Of a DNA stretch of 64,000 nucleotides, positions 37,566-50,016 are shown piece after piece. How positions within the stretch are numbered: the first letter of the stretch is position 1; each line of letters opens with the position of its first letter. This DNA comes from Octopus sinensis. Lineage: Eukaryota. The notes beneath the pieces are model-generated. The model was not told the origin of the DNA, ran no database searches, and worked only from the letters and a program-made list of their open reading frames with translations. The DNA lies in the NCBI RefSeq assembly GCF_006345805.1, contig NC_043017.1:23684001-23748000 (forward strand), read 5' to 3'. Position numbers and translations under genes: made by a program.

Positions 37566-38444
37566 CACCTTCACAGTTTGATTTTTTACTATAATTTCTG
37601 TGTTTGTCCCCCACCATCACTCAACAAACCAGGCTGATGTGTTTACGTCCCTTTAACTTAGCAGTTCAGCGAAAGAAACCTATAAAGAGAGTACCAGACT
37701 TCAAAAGACATAAATACTGGGGTTGATTCATTTGACCAAAAAAATTCTTTGAGCGGCTGCCCCAGCATGGCCACAGTCTAATGACTAAAACAAGAATAGA
37801 TAAAAGGAAAGATAAAGAGTGACTCTTTAGAGGCTCTAGCATACTAAGTTTGTAATCCAGTGTACAAAATTGAAGCAGTGTTAATTAAAATAGCCATCTG
37901 TGTATACACTGTTGATAGGCCAGTTACTACAGTATTTAGCCAGAAATAGAATCTCTTATGGATGTGCTGTGTTAAAAATGCAATAAATATCAGAGAAAGA
38001 TAGAAATTAATCCCAGCAGCATTTAGTGAAAGTGCCAAATCCATTTCGGCCTTTTTTGAGCCCTTTCAATGGTATGCACTCATAGATAATCAGATGCACA
38101 AATGAAAATTCATCACCTCTGGTATAATAAAGAGTAAATAAAACGTTCACCGACATTGCAATTAATGCAGTATTTAATTAAAATAGCCTCCTGATATCTA
38201 CGGAATATTTTTAACACATCAAATCTATAAGAGATGTTATCTCAAGAAAAATCCTGCAGTGAACTAGCCTGTCAGCAATATGCATTCTTTGATTTGGGAA
38301 TCATAAAGTGAAATCTCATAAAAATCATTTGTGATATTAGATTTTAATTTAAATACTTACACTTCAGCTCAATCTTTCTCTTTGAATTTCTATATTAGCA
38401 ATTTTTCTTCTATTTAGATTTGAAATTGATTAAGCTTAAAGCTT

Positions 38445-38465
38445 TTATTATTATCATCATCATCA

Positions 38466-38501
<36 letters not shown>

Positions 38502-38525
38502 TATTATTATTATTTATTATTATTA

Positions 38526-38559
<34 letters not shown>

Positions 38560-38651
38560 CATTAGTATCATTATTGTTATTATTATTATCATTATTATTA
38601 TTATTATTATTATCATTAGTATCATTATTGTTATTATTATTATCATTATTA

Positions 38652-38682
<31 letters not shown>

Positions 38683-38726
38683 TGTTGTTGTTGTTGTTGT
38701 TGTTGTTATCATTATTATTATTATTA
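38445..38726. repeat. Long (ATT)n/(ATC)n/(GTT)n microsatellite
   Basis: Directly visible. Source of the poly-Ile ORFs. Confidence 0.95.
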
Positions 38727-39102
38727 TTACTTCCACCTTAGCAAAGGCGGCAGTATTGTTTTCAGTTGTGTTTATTTGTTTGTTTGCTTGTTTGTCTGTG
38801 GACAAAATATCTCAAAAACCGCTGGATGGATTTGGATAAAACTTTCAAGGATGTTTGGCCTCATGACTGGCATGAACCGATTAAATTTTGGGATCAATCT
38901 GGTACCGGACAAGGATTCAGGATTATTTTTCCTGTTTTTTTTTACTTAATTTTTGAGAGCAGTCAGGTTCATTTCTAGTATTCTCATTTGTGAAAACAGT
39001 TGAGTTTATTTCAGATATTCTCATTTTAAAAATCATCTCTGGCTAATCATTGAGCGGATGTTGATGTTGCCTTGGTGGAGGTTTGTGCTGAGTGCTCTTG
39101 TT
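38727..39102 (+). mobile_element. Helentron/Helitron2-type non-autonomous element
   Basis: 5' TTACTTCCACCTTAGCAAAGG, internal (GTTT)n, 3' subterminal inverted CCTTGGTGGAGGT then TGAGTGCTCTTGTT. Second copy at 52759-53129. Class assigned from memory of HINE/DINE-like architecture. Confidence 0.65.
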
Positions 39103-39300
39103 AATATTGTTATTATTATTATCGTCTGCATGGCATAAAATGTGTCATGATGCACCCTAATAATTTGAGTTGAAGAAAAAGTAAAATGGAAGAACTATCC
39201 AGCGATCAACAGACACACTTGTCCAATCCCAAGCAAAATCAAAATCATCTATGTCCTCATTGCAACTTCATAGCAAAATCCATACCAGGACTCAAATTGC

Positions 39301-40091
39301 TGAGCTGAGGAATAATTCATGAGCGTTTTTTTCAAATTTATTCTAAACAAAAAAACTACAACAAATTGATCAATAATATACTTCCTCCCATTGTTTGATA
39401 AGTTTTTTGATGCCTTGGTGATAGAAATCTCCCAGTCTTGCCTCAAAGAATTCATTCAACCAAGCCCGTTCAAAAGTGGTCAAAAGAGATGAAAATTTGA
39501 TGGTGCCAAGTCTGGAGAGTATGGAGGATGAGGCAGCACTTCCCATTCAAGTTCTTGAATCACATCTTTGGTCATATTAGTGATGTGAATCTTGCCCATT
39601 GAATGAAGGTGGGTCACAACAGGTTTTTTTTATCACAATCCATCTGCTCCACCAATTCTCTGGTCGTTTGACGTGGATTTTCATGGAGAAGCCAATTCAA
39701 TTGCTCTTCATCGAACTCAATTGGTTGACCAATGTGTGATCCATCCTTGAGGTCAAAATTCGCATTTTTGAAGCAAGAAAACCAACAATGGGCAGTACTT
39801 TGAGGCATTGCTCCCTGTTCATACACAGCACAAATCTCATGAGCAGCTTCAGCAGCCTAAACACCTCAATTAAATGCAAAAAGTAAATGTCGAAAAGGCT
39901 CAGTTTTGTCCTCTTGACATTCCATTTTAATGATCTAAAAATACACAAAAGTCAATAAGATAAAAAAATCAAAATACACTATATTGTAGAACAAAAAATT
40001 CTCTTTTGAATAACATAAAATGTGTTTTATTTCTGCATGCATTTTTAAATTTGAAAGCAAAAAAACGCTCATAGATTATTCCTCAACCTGA
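39301..40091 (-). mobile_element. Internally deleted mariner transposon (family 2)
   Basis: TIRs TGAGCTGAGGAATAATTCATGAGCG and CGCTCATAGATTATTCCTCAACCTGA|TA. Minus-strand peptides WFSCFKNANFDLKD...ENPRQTTRELVEQM and EWEVLPHPPYSPDLAPSNFHLF. Confidence 0.88.
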
Positions 40092-40223
40092 TACATTCAC
40101 ACCTCCATTGCAAATATTTGCAGCTTCTTAGTGGCTTTTTTTTCTTTCTTTCTATTACTCTCTTTAACTTCAAGTCCTCTCCTTCAAACACTCATATGAT
40201 GAAACTGATGGAAGCAACCATCA

Positions 40224-40273
<50 letters not shown>

Positions 40274-41034
40274 ACACTGCTATTTTCTTGACAGATTGAT
40301 ACCGTTGTTATTTTATGCTGCTTTCAAAGTACCAATCAGTTCTCATTAAACAGGCTTCCAAATTTTTGCCTAAGTTTACAGTGACCTAATGCTTTTATTG
40401 AAAAAAAAAACATTACCACAATCTGACAGATTTTTTCCATTAAAATAAATGTAGTTTTCAACATAACTCTATTTTTAATCCTTTCATCGGCTATTTTTGG
40501 CAGTTAAGAGTCATTGTGAAAATGTCTGTTAAAACAGAAATTATACTGATGATCTGTTAAATATTCGCACTACTAATTTTAGTCATTATCGGTAAAAGCA
40601 TTTTATGTGTGTGTGTGTGTGTGTTTTTTGCTCTTCTGAATCTAAATCCTGCCAAGGTGAACTTTGTCTTTTATCCTAGGGGTTGATAGTATCACTAACC
40701 TGAGCCCTCAAAAGCACTAGCCTTGTGTCTAAATTAAAAACACTTTTGTCTTCATCTTCTCTCCTTCCTGCCTTCATTCTCTTCTCCTCCCCCTCCTTCC
40801 CGTTTCTTCTTTCTTCTTCATTTTCTCTTCCTCCTCCTCCTTTCTTCTTCTTCTTCTCAATGTCATTCTTTGTGTGTGTGTGTGTGTGTATATATATGTC
40901 TGACCTGGTCACCGATATTCTAGATTTAGAGAAAATTGCATTGTTTCTAGTTTGAAAAGGAGTTGCATACATATCTAAAGACCTTTGTCATTTCTTTTCT
41001 TCTCACTCGTTTTTATGAGGTATTCTTAGTTTTA

Positions 41035-41071
<37 letters not shown>

Positions 41072-41974
41072 AAGATTTCAAATAGACAATAACTTGTTGG
41101 CTATATATATATGTGTGTGTGGTGTGTGTATACATACATATACACACACGCACATATCTATACACACACATGCACACTGTGGGTCTTTCAGTTTCTGTCT
41201 GCCAAATCCTGTCACAAGGCTTTGGTCAGCCTGCGGCTATAGAAGACATTTGCCCAAGGTGCCACGCAGTAGGACTGAACCTGGAACCTGTGGTTGGGAA
41301 GCAAGCTTCTTACCACACAGCCACACCTGTGGAGTAGGCTGTAACATGAGTAACCAATCAGGTATGCGCTAACAAATGAGCTTCTATGTGGTCAATGAAT
41401 CTGCTAGAAAAAGAAACCAAATTCCCCTTAAATCTCTCTGTATTGTATTAAATAAAAGAGACATTGGGCATTATAGTCTGTGTTATACTAAAGCCAGGTT
41501 GGTCATGGCTGGCAGACTTGGAGCTTTAAAAACTCTCTTATTAGGTTAGTTTTGTTTTTAGCTTTGTCCATCCACTCCATTCTAAGGACATTGACTTTTC
41601 TCTCATCTTCACTTGACCTATCTCTCATCTTCACTTGACCTTGGCTTTGGATCCCTTTACCTACCCTCACCCATCCTTTACTGCCTGCTCTATTGTCCAT
41701 CTCATTTTGTGGCTATCCCTGCTGCTAAACCATTGATGACAGCACTTTCTCCATTTCTCCCAATCTCACATGACAGGCATAAGTATAAAGTGTTAAGTAT
41801 GAAGTGTTAAATTGCTCACTTGTGGCTGTTGAACTTGTCAAACTCATCCACAAATTTCTTGTCTTCCTGTGTGTTTCACTCAATGCAGCAGTTTGTTTAC
41901 TGGAAGACTTTATAGTTGTCTTCAGTCTTATCAAACCATCGAACTCATGCCAGGATAGAAACCAGATATGAAAT

Positions 41975-42568
41975 GGTGACGGTGGTGGAGGCAGCAGCAG
42001 TGATGGTTGTAGTGATAACAGTGATGGTTGTGGTGATGATGATGGTGGTGGCAGTGGTGGTGGTGAAGGTGGTGGGTGTGGTAGTGATGGAGGCAGTGAT
42101 GGTTGTGGTGATAACAATGATGGTGGTGGCAGTGATGGTGGTGGTGAAGGTGGTGGTTGTGGCGATAACCGATGGTTGTGGTGGTGACGATGATGGTAGT
42201 AGTGATTATGGTGATGGTAATGATGGTGGTGGTTGTGGTGATAACCGATGGTTGTGGTGGTGACGATGATGGTAGTAGTGATTATGGTGATCGTAATGAT
42301 GGTGGTGATGATGGTGGCGGTTGTAGTGATAACAGATGGTTGTGGTGGTGACGATGATGGTAGTAGTGATTATGGTGATGGTAATGGTGGTGGTTGTGGT
42401 GATAACCGATGGTTGTGGTGGTGACGATGATGATGGTAGTAGTGATTATGGTGATGGTAATGATGGTAGTGATGATGGTGGTGGTTGTGGTGGTGACGAT
42501 GATGGTAGTAGTGATTATGGTGATGGTAATGATGATGGTGGTGGTGGTGATGGTGAAGGTGGTGGTGA
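41975..42568. repeat. (GGT/GAT)-rich compound repeat with higher-order ~70-80 bp units
   Basis: Recurring GATGGTTGTGGTGGTGACGATGATGGTAGTAGTGATTATGGTGATGGTAAT. Confidence 0.9.
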
Positions 42569-42737
42569 AATGGATGCCTTATCTGGCCTTCCGCCTTATC
42601 TGATATTGCTGTTCATCTGCAGGGTGTTGTGTCAGTGGACCAAATTGATCAACTGACAAGGCACCTGCAGAATAATGGTTAATGGTTCATATACTGCATC
42701 CATTGCTGCAATATATTCTAAGGAAAAAGATGTCTGA

Positions 42738-42925
42738 TCTTTTAGCATTTAAACTGGCCATATCTGGCCCAAATGTTCTACTTGTCTTGTGTTCAAACTA
42801 GCCAGATCTGGCTTTGTACACCTACCCTACAATGTCATTCTAAAAGTAAACAATCACATCATTGAAATCTCAAAGCTATGAGATGATGCATGATTAATTC
42901 AAAACATTGAATAAAGAAGCATTAT
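42738..42925 (+). mobile_element. piggyBac-type MITE, partial
   Basis: CTTTTAGCATTTAAACTGGCCATATCTGGCCC, homologous to 34614-34834. The right TIR is replaced by a family A SINE starting ~42928. Confidence 0.7.
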
Positions 42926-44459
42926 AGGCACAGGTGAGGCTGTGTGGTAAGAAGCTTACTTCACAACCACATGGTTCTGGGTTCAGTCCCACTTGAGCAA
43001 GTAGGGTCTTCTACTATAGCCTTGGGCCAATCAAAGGCTTGTGAGTGGATTTGGAAGACGGAAACTGAAAAAAGCCCATCGTATTCATGTGTGTGTGGTG
43101 TGTATGTGTCACCACTGCTTGGCAATTGGTGTTGGTTTGTTTACATCCTTGTAACTTAGTGGTTTGACAAAAAAAAGACTGATAGAATAAGTACCAGGCT
43201 TTAAAAAAATTAAATACCAGGGGTTGATTCATTTGACAGAAAAGGTCTCCAAGGTGGTGCCCCAGCATGGCCACATTCTAATGAGTGAAACAGACAAAAG
43301 ATATTTCACAGAATAATCTTATTCCCAAAAGGTTGAGTCTCAATAGCTGTGACCAGTTGGTTGTCAAGAGAAAAATTAGTAAAATGCAATAAAACAAAAA
43401 CCCTGCTCTCATGCAGGGTTTTGGTTCAATCATTTTGTGTGCAGTAGGGGGGAGAACTGTCTAATTGACTGGTGATTAGCAAACTTGAGTATTACGTTGA
43501 TGTCACTCGTTGACAAGCTATGATAAGATAAACAGGTCTAAACTTGTGAAACCTATTGAATTACTGAAAATCTCATTGACTTAGTAATGTTCTCGTAATT
43601 GTTGTTCTTGTTGTTGTTGCATTGATTTTGCTTTTTAGCCCCAGGTCATTCTTAACCCAGTAAACCTGACCTCTGATCAAATTATTCCAACTGTATCCTC
43701 TTTAGGATTTGAACTCTGAATGTAAAGAACAAATACTGCAAAGCATTCCCTGCCACCATACTCTAATGGTTCTGCCACTTCACTGTAATAACATGGTTGC
43801 ATGGCTACATGATTAAGAAGTTTGCTTTCATGCTACATGGTTTCAATTGTGATCTTTCTGTAAGTGGGCACGTCTTCTACCTTTGGAGTTAAATTTGGCA
43901 GACAGAAACTATGAGGAAACTTGTTGCACTCACGTGTGTGTGTGTGTGTGACCGTTACAACTATTACATAATTCTGGGCTTCCAGAAACAGCTGTTGAAC
44001 TTAAAATATCCCTTAGATTTTTGTACTCTTTGTATTCCATGTAAATTTATGCATAAGTGCATCTGGATAGTTTCAGTTTTTGTTTATCTCTCTATATATA
44101 TCTCTATATATCCCTAGATGTGTATATATGTATGCATGTATATCTTATATATCAAGACCAATCATATTCATCTACATCAATGTGTGTTTGTGTCTTCGGA
44201 TTGACATTGCTTGGGTTGTGATGACATTGTTTATGTCCTGTGCAACAGTAAGCCCACCTGCTCAACAGCTCCTTGTCTACAGACATGGATTAAACCAACC
44301 ACATCTGGCCCAAATATTCTACCTGTGTCGTGTTTGAGCCAGCCAGATCATCATTGGTTGAGGTTATTATTTCTTTTTCAGAAAATTTAGCATTTTTCTA
44401 ACGAATACTTTTTAAATATATTTTTATATATTTCTTTTATATTTTTCTTTTTTCGGTAG

Positions 44460-44588
44460 ATATAAAGTTGATTTGGTACATGAAGAACACCATTGGACAA
44501 TTTATCGACGCTATAAACATTTCCGCAGTCTTCATGAACAACTCATGTTGTTCTTGGCTGGACTTCGGCTTCCGGTCCCAACAAAGCA
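44460..44588 (+). CDS. PLD1: Phospholipase D exon (PX domain core)
   Basis: Long polypyrimidine tract with GTAG| acceptor, |GTGAGT donor, 129 bp. (L)YKVDLVHEEHHWTIYRRYKHFRSLHEQLMLFLAGLRLPVPTK matches from memory PLD1 [42 protein letters not shown]. Phase 2 on both sides. Confidence 0.92.
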
Positions 44589-44964
44589 GTGAGTGTTTTG
44601 TTTTATCATAAAACTGTTCTTTTTGTCCTCATTTTTCTTCTCTTTTGTTGCCTGACTCCAATAACTGACAAATACTGACATATCATAAACTGGTGAAACA
44701 GGCTCTACTGTAAATCATTATAAACCCAACTGTTAAAACACCAATAGACACATTGAAGTTAAACATCCGTAATGTATTAGTTATGTTTTAATATATAAAT
44801 ACGAAGATATAAAAGAAACAGGTAGTAATAAAAACAAATGTGTTTTGTATTTCAACTAAATCAAGCTTTAATAACAAGTTTAAATTTTGGTAGAATGCCA
44901 TGCATTTATATAGGGGTTTAGTTAGTTAGTTAGTTAGTTAATTTTTTGGCTCAAAAAGCAAAAA

Positions 44965-45490
44965 TAAATAATGTGGTTTTTCAAATGCATGAACTAAAAG
45001 CTGAAGTGGGATGGGATAAATTACCTGCATCAACTTGCTATAAAAGCTGGTAGTAATTTTACCTTGTACTTAATCATAGTGCAAATTTTGAAGAGTGCAA
45101 TTCAATTTTAACAGCTATTTTTTCAAAGCTATAATGGAAGTGACAAAAGAGCATATTTGGCATATTTTGCTTTATGAGTTCAATAAAGGCAGCAATACCA
45201 GAGTTGTGAGGAACATAAATGCAGCTATATGGGGATTGGATAATAAGCATAAGCTAGTGTCAACGGTGGTTCCAGAAATTCCAAGCTGGAAACTACAGCC
45301 TGGAAGATCTGTAGCGTTTAATAAGGACATCCTGCAAACCCTGGTGGGAAACAATGCCCCCACCACCACCACCACCACCATATTAGCTGGACATTGCCCC
45401 ATCTGATTATCATTTATTCTGCAGTCTTCAAAATCATTTGGATGGAAAAAGTATGAATTCTGTCGTTGAGGTCAGAACAGTACTGGAGGA
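44965..45490 (+). mobile_element. Mariner family 1, more heavily deleted copy
   Basis: 5'UTR and HTH nearly collinear with 35005-35400, joined directly to the DIAPSDYHLF region. Left TIR incomplete, right end absent. Confidence 0.85.
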
Positions 45491-45677
45491 GGGTTTAATC
45501 AGTTATGTGTGGTTATTCTTCAGAAAAAATTAATTGTGTTTATTAATGGCCTGGTCGAGAGAAGGAACTGTTGTAACCATGGTCTTCATTTAGCATTGCC
45601 CAATGTCCAGAGTCTTCATTTACCTTCTGACACCAGTGAGATTGATGTGGTTGATGTTTTTCCTGAACAACAGCATA

Positions 45678-46119
45678 GGCACAGGCATGGCTGTGTGGTA
45701 AGAAACTTGCTTCCCAGCCACATGGATCTGGGTTCAGTCCTACTATGTGGCATCTTGAGCAAATGTCTTCTTCTATAGTCTTGGGCTGACCAAATCCTTA
45801 TGAGTGGATTTGGTAGATTGAAACTGATAGAAGCCCGTTGTATATATGTATATATTTGTGTATGTCTTTGTGTCTGTTTGTCCCCCTCCCCTCTCACCAA
45901 CTGGCAACTAGTGTTGGTATGTTTACATCCCAGTAACTTACCAGATCAGCAAAAGATACTGATAGAATAAGTACCATGCTTAAAAAAAAAAAGCAAGTAC
46001 TGGGATCAATTCATTTGACTAAAGAGCTTTCAAGGCAGTGCCCCAGCATGGTCGCAATCTCATGACTGAAACAAATAAAAAGACAACAACTACAGGATGA
46101 CAGTTGCAAGGAAAGCATG
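45678..46119 (+). mobile_element. SINE family A plus shared 3' flank
   Basis: GGCACAGGCATGGCTGTGTGGTAAG head. Tail followed by GATGACAGTTGCAAGGAAAGCATG. Confidence 0.82.
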
Positions 46120-46239
46120 GTCAGTGAAAGATTTCCAGCAGGACTGGGAATATGTGGCTAGTACAGGGCCTGAGGTCTAAAGAACAAGGCTGGACACAGT
46201 GTGGATGGAATTTGATCAACAGTTTGGTTACTCAACCGA

Positions 46240-46490
46240 ATTTTGTCATTTGGGTTTGGTGACTCAAATCTTATCATTTGGGTTTGGTGACTAAAGTTTG
46301 ATCATTTGGCTTTAGTCAAGTTTAGCCATTTGGTCTTGGTCACTCAGATTTGGTCATTTGGCTTTGGTGACTAAAATTCAGTCTTTTGGGTTGGATCACT
46401 CAAGTTCAGTCATTTGGACTTGGTCACTCAAGTGTTATCATTTGCATTTGGATACTCAATTTTGGTCATTTGAGTTTGGGTTGTTAAATC
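46240..46490. repeat. Degenerate 28-bp minisatellite, about 9 copies
   Basis: Unit like TCATTTGGGTTTGGTGACTCAAATCTTA. Confidence 0.8.
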
Positions 46491-46677
46491 TGGTTATTAC
46501 ACACTCAAATTTGACCTATTTGTTATGAGATTCAATCCAGATATTGAGCAGTAGAAAACAAAATACTATATCTTGCTGTATTTAGTTTGTATGTCTCCTC
46601 CTATTTATTTATATTTTCTCTTTGTTTATTTATCTAATCAAACCATCAAATCTGTCATCAACACTATTTTGCACTCA

Positions 46678-46731
<54 letters not shown>

Positions 46732-46814
46732 GACAGCTACTTCAGTTTCCTTAGCCACACAAAACTTGCACAAATAATTAATAGCTGTTATACATTTCCA
46801 TAAATAGACTGATG

Positions 46815-47120
46815 TTCTGTTGGTTACAATGATAAGGGTTCCAATTGACCTCATCAACAGGACTGCCTGCTCGTGAAATTGACACCCAAGTGGCTGAGCA
46901 CTCCACAGACATGTGTGCCCTTAACATAGTTCTTGAGGAGATTCAGTGAGGCTCAGAATGTGACAAGGCTAGCCCACAGAACCACAGGTACTACTCACTT
47001 TTGCTAGCTAAATCAACTGGAGCAACGTTAAGTGAAGTGTCTTGCTCAAGGCACAATGCACCACCAGGATATGACCTCGTGGCTGTGCTAAATACCCTTA
47101 CAACTAAGCCATAGGCCTTC
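46815..47120 (-). mobile_element. tRNA-derived SINE, family D-related
   Basis: Reverse complement is homologous to 55478-55800. Confidence 0.65.
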
Positions 47121-47234
47121 ACTGCGTTGCCGTGTATCAAATAACCAAATAGATGTGTTAAATGAAATAGTTACATTATTTTGTTCATGTGAACGATTAC
47201 TAAATTGTTGATATAATAATAATGATAATAATAA

Positions 47235-47662
47235 TTATTTCAAATTTTTGCCACATGGGCAGATCGTGAGAGGTGGGATGAGTCAATTACATCAACGCCA
47301 GTGTTCAACTGGTGCTTATTTAATTGAGCCTGAAAGAATGAAGGGCAAAGTTGACCTTGGTGGAATTTGAACTCAGGGCATAGCAATGGTTGAAATACCA
47401 CTAAGCATTTCGGCCCCCATGCTAACGATTCTGTTTTAATATAATAATTATTATTATTATTTCAAATTTTTGCCATAAGGGTAGCTTGGGGGACATTGGG
47501 TTGAGTCGATTACATTAACCCCAGTATTCAACTGGTACTTATTTTATTGATCCCGAAAAGCAAAATTGACCTCGGCAGAATTTGAACTTAGACTGTAGCA
47601 ACGGACAAAATACCACTAAGTATTTTGTCCAGCGTGTTAATGATTCTACCAGCTCGCTACCT

Positions 47663-47699
<37 letters not shown>

Positions 47700-47935
47700 T
47701 GATAATAATAATCCTTTTTACTATTGGCACAAAGCCTGAAATTTGGGATGTAAGGGTCCAGTCAATTACATCAACCCCAGTGTTCAACTGGTACTTATTT
47801 CAATGACCCTGAGAGGATGAAAGGCAAAATCAACCTTGGTGGAATTTGAACTCAGAACATTAAAAAGAGATGAAAATGAAATACCGCTAAGCATATCGCC
47901 TGGCGTGCTAATGATTCTGCCAGTTCACCACCACC
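47235..47935 (-). mobile_element. Three stacked family B SINEs separated by (AAT)n tracts
   Basis: Three GAATTTGAACT B-box complements at ~47363, ~47578 and ~47842, each with head and tail. Confidence 0.82.
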
Positions 47936-47961
47936 TCATAATAATAATATAATAATAATAA

Positions 47962-48077
47962 TAATTTCTGGTGTGGAGGCTTTGGTCTTGTGCTGCAATT
48001 GAAAATCCCTCTGTCTCTGCTTTGAGTCCTGAGCTTCTCAACCATTGCTGAGATTTTTCTTTGTCTATTTCTTTTGC
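47962..48077 (-). mobile_element. R4/Dong-clade LINE fragment (pre-zinc-knuckle region)
   Basis: Minus strand AKEIDKEKSQQWLRSSGLKAETEGFSIAAQDQSLHTRNY. Confidence 0.82.
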
Positions 48078-48252
48078 ATACTCTGGGATATGTCAATACA
48101 TACAGATAGAAAAATTAAGGCCAATAGACCAGATATAGTTGTCAGAGATCATGAAGAAAAAAACGCTTTCTAATTGATGTATCAATACCAGCAGATGACA
48201 ACATGTCTCTAAAAGAAATGGAGAAACTTTCAAAATACAAAGACCTGGAATA
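48078..48252 (+). mobile_element. R4/Dong-clade LINE fragment (restriction-like endonuclease)
   Basis: ILWDMSIHTDRKIKANRPDIVVRDHEEK, frameshift, FLIDVSIPADDNMSLKEMEKLSKYKDLE. PD-(D/E)xK-type RLE signature. Confidence 0.85.
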
Positions 48253-50016
48253 ATTATTATTATTATTGTTGTTATTATTATTATTATCATTATTATTATT
48301 ACTATTATTATTATAGTTTCAACATTAAAGGGTAGATCAAGAAAGTTTAAATGTTGGAATGGCAAAGAGCAAAAGTAAGTTGAGTAGAGCAGAGGTCACT
48401 GTTGAATATACTGCAGTAATGATAGTTAAAGAGGTAGAGGTAGGGCAAGTTTGCCAACAAACCAAAGATTAGAGGTAATTTGAGAGAATCGTTTTGGGGT
48501 CAGGAGAGTGATAGGGGTTTTTTGGGGAGGCTTTTTTTTTCTTCCTCTTAATGTCTAAACATATAACTTTCTTCAATTACGATCAACTGCAAAATTACCA
48601 AGGCAGATGTGACATTTGAAGTACCAATGCAAATTACCAATATTGGCATAAATCAAGAATCTTTTGAAAATTCCAGTTTGCTGGAGATGATATTTTTTTT
48701 GTTGTTTTTTGTTGTTGTTTTTTTTTTTTTTTTTCTCTATTGGTTAACAGCTGTGAGAAAAATTATATTAAAACACTGGGGAACGTATAAATTTATTCTG
48801 CAGAAGAATAAATTTGTCTTGTGACACCATAAACAGTCTCAACTCCAGCAATATCTTAGAGTAAAGTTAAATCTATATTCATATTACCGAACATGCGACA
48901 GCTGTTTAAGCTAACTGTAACCATTTTAATCTTAATTATGTAACTACTGAGTTTTTTTTTTACTCATGGGGAGCCTGGCATTGGTGGTGGTGGTCGCAAT
49001 GGCAGCGATGGTGACGAAGATTTATTGATAAATTCAAGCAGTTTCTCAACAGGGCTATATGTCAAACTGTGGTGTAGCACTGACAGTCCTGCCCCACCCC
49101 CAACAATTTTACCCTCACAACCACAACGACCATTACGTGGCCCTTTGGTACCTTTTTAATGGAATCCTTCTGTTGCCTTTGTTATGACCAAACCCACTGG
49201 TTCCTTCTCCCCTCGACAATGTTTTTCCTGCAGCTGTCCAACCCCCACTGGACACTGGCCACATCAATCCTGCCATCTGGGAGAATCTTCAGTTACCATG
49301 GGTCACCACTGATTGTCTCTTCGAAAAAGAAAGAGTATAATAATAATACTTTTTGTTTTTATTTTTTACTTCTTTTATTTGTTTCAGTCCTACCTTGAAG
49401 GGTTTTAGTCAGACAAATCGACCCTAGTCCTTGTAGTTTCTTTTTTAAGTCTGGTGCTTGTTCTATTGGCTTCTTTCTGCCAAACTGTTAAGTTCGAAGA
49501 ACATAAACTGACCAACACTGGTTGTCAAATGGGGGAGGGGGCAAGCACAAAGACACACACACACATATATATACACATAAACTCATTCATCTATTCATAC
49601 ATACATACACACATGACAGGCTTCAACACAATTCTCATCTACCAGATTCTCTTGCACAGCATTGGTCAGCTAAGAGCTATAGTAGAAGACACTTGCCCAA
49701 GGTGCCACGCAGTGGGGCTGAACCCCAAATCAAGTAGATATAAAGCGAGGTTCTTAATCACAGAGCTATTTATATTTATCTTCTTTGCTTTCATTATTTA
49801 ATTTTATTTAAATGATTTGTTTTATATTTTATTGAATATCAATAAATTAACTGCTAAGATTTTTAATATTAACGATATCTTGTAATCATTTATAATCACC
49901 ATTGATTATAAACGAGCAACTGACTCTCTGAGAGGACTTGAACCATGTATCTGTTACTTGCTGGGTGACCATATTACTGATTACCCAACATAGTGCCTGC
50001 CATCCATACCATTTTC

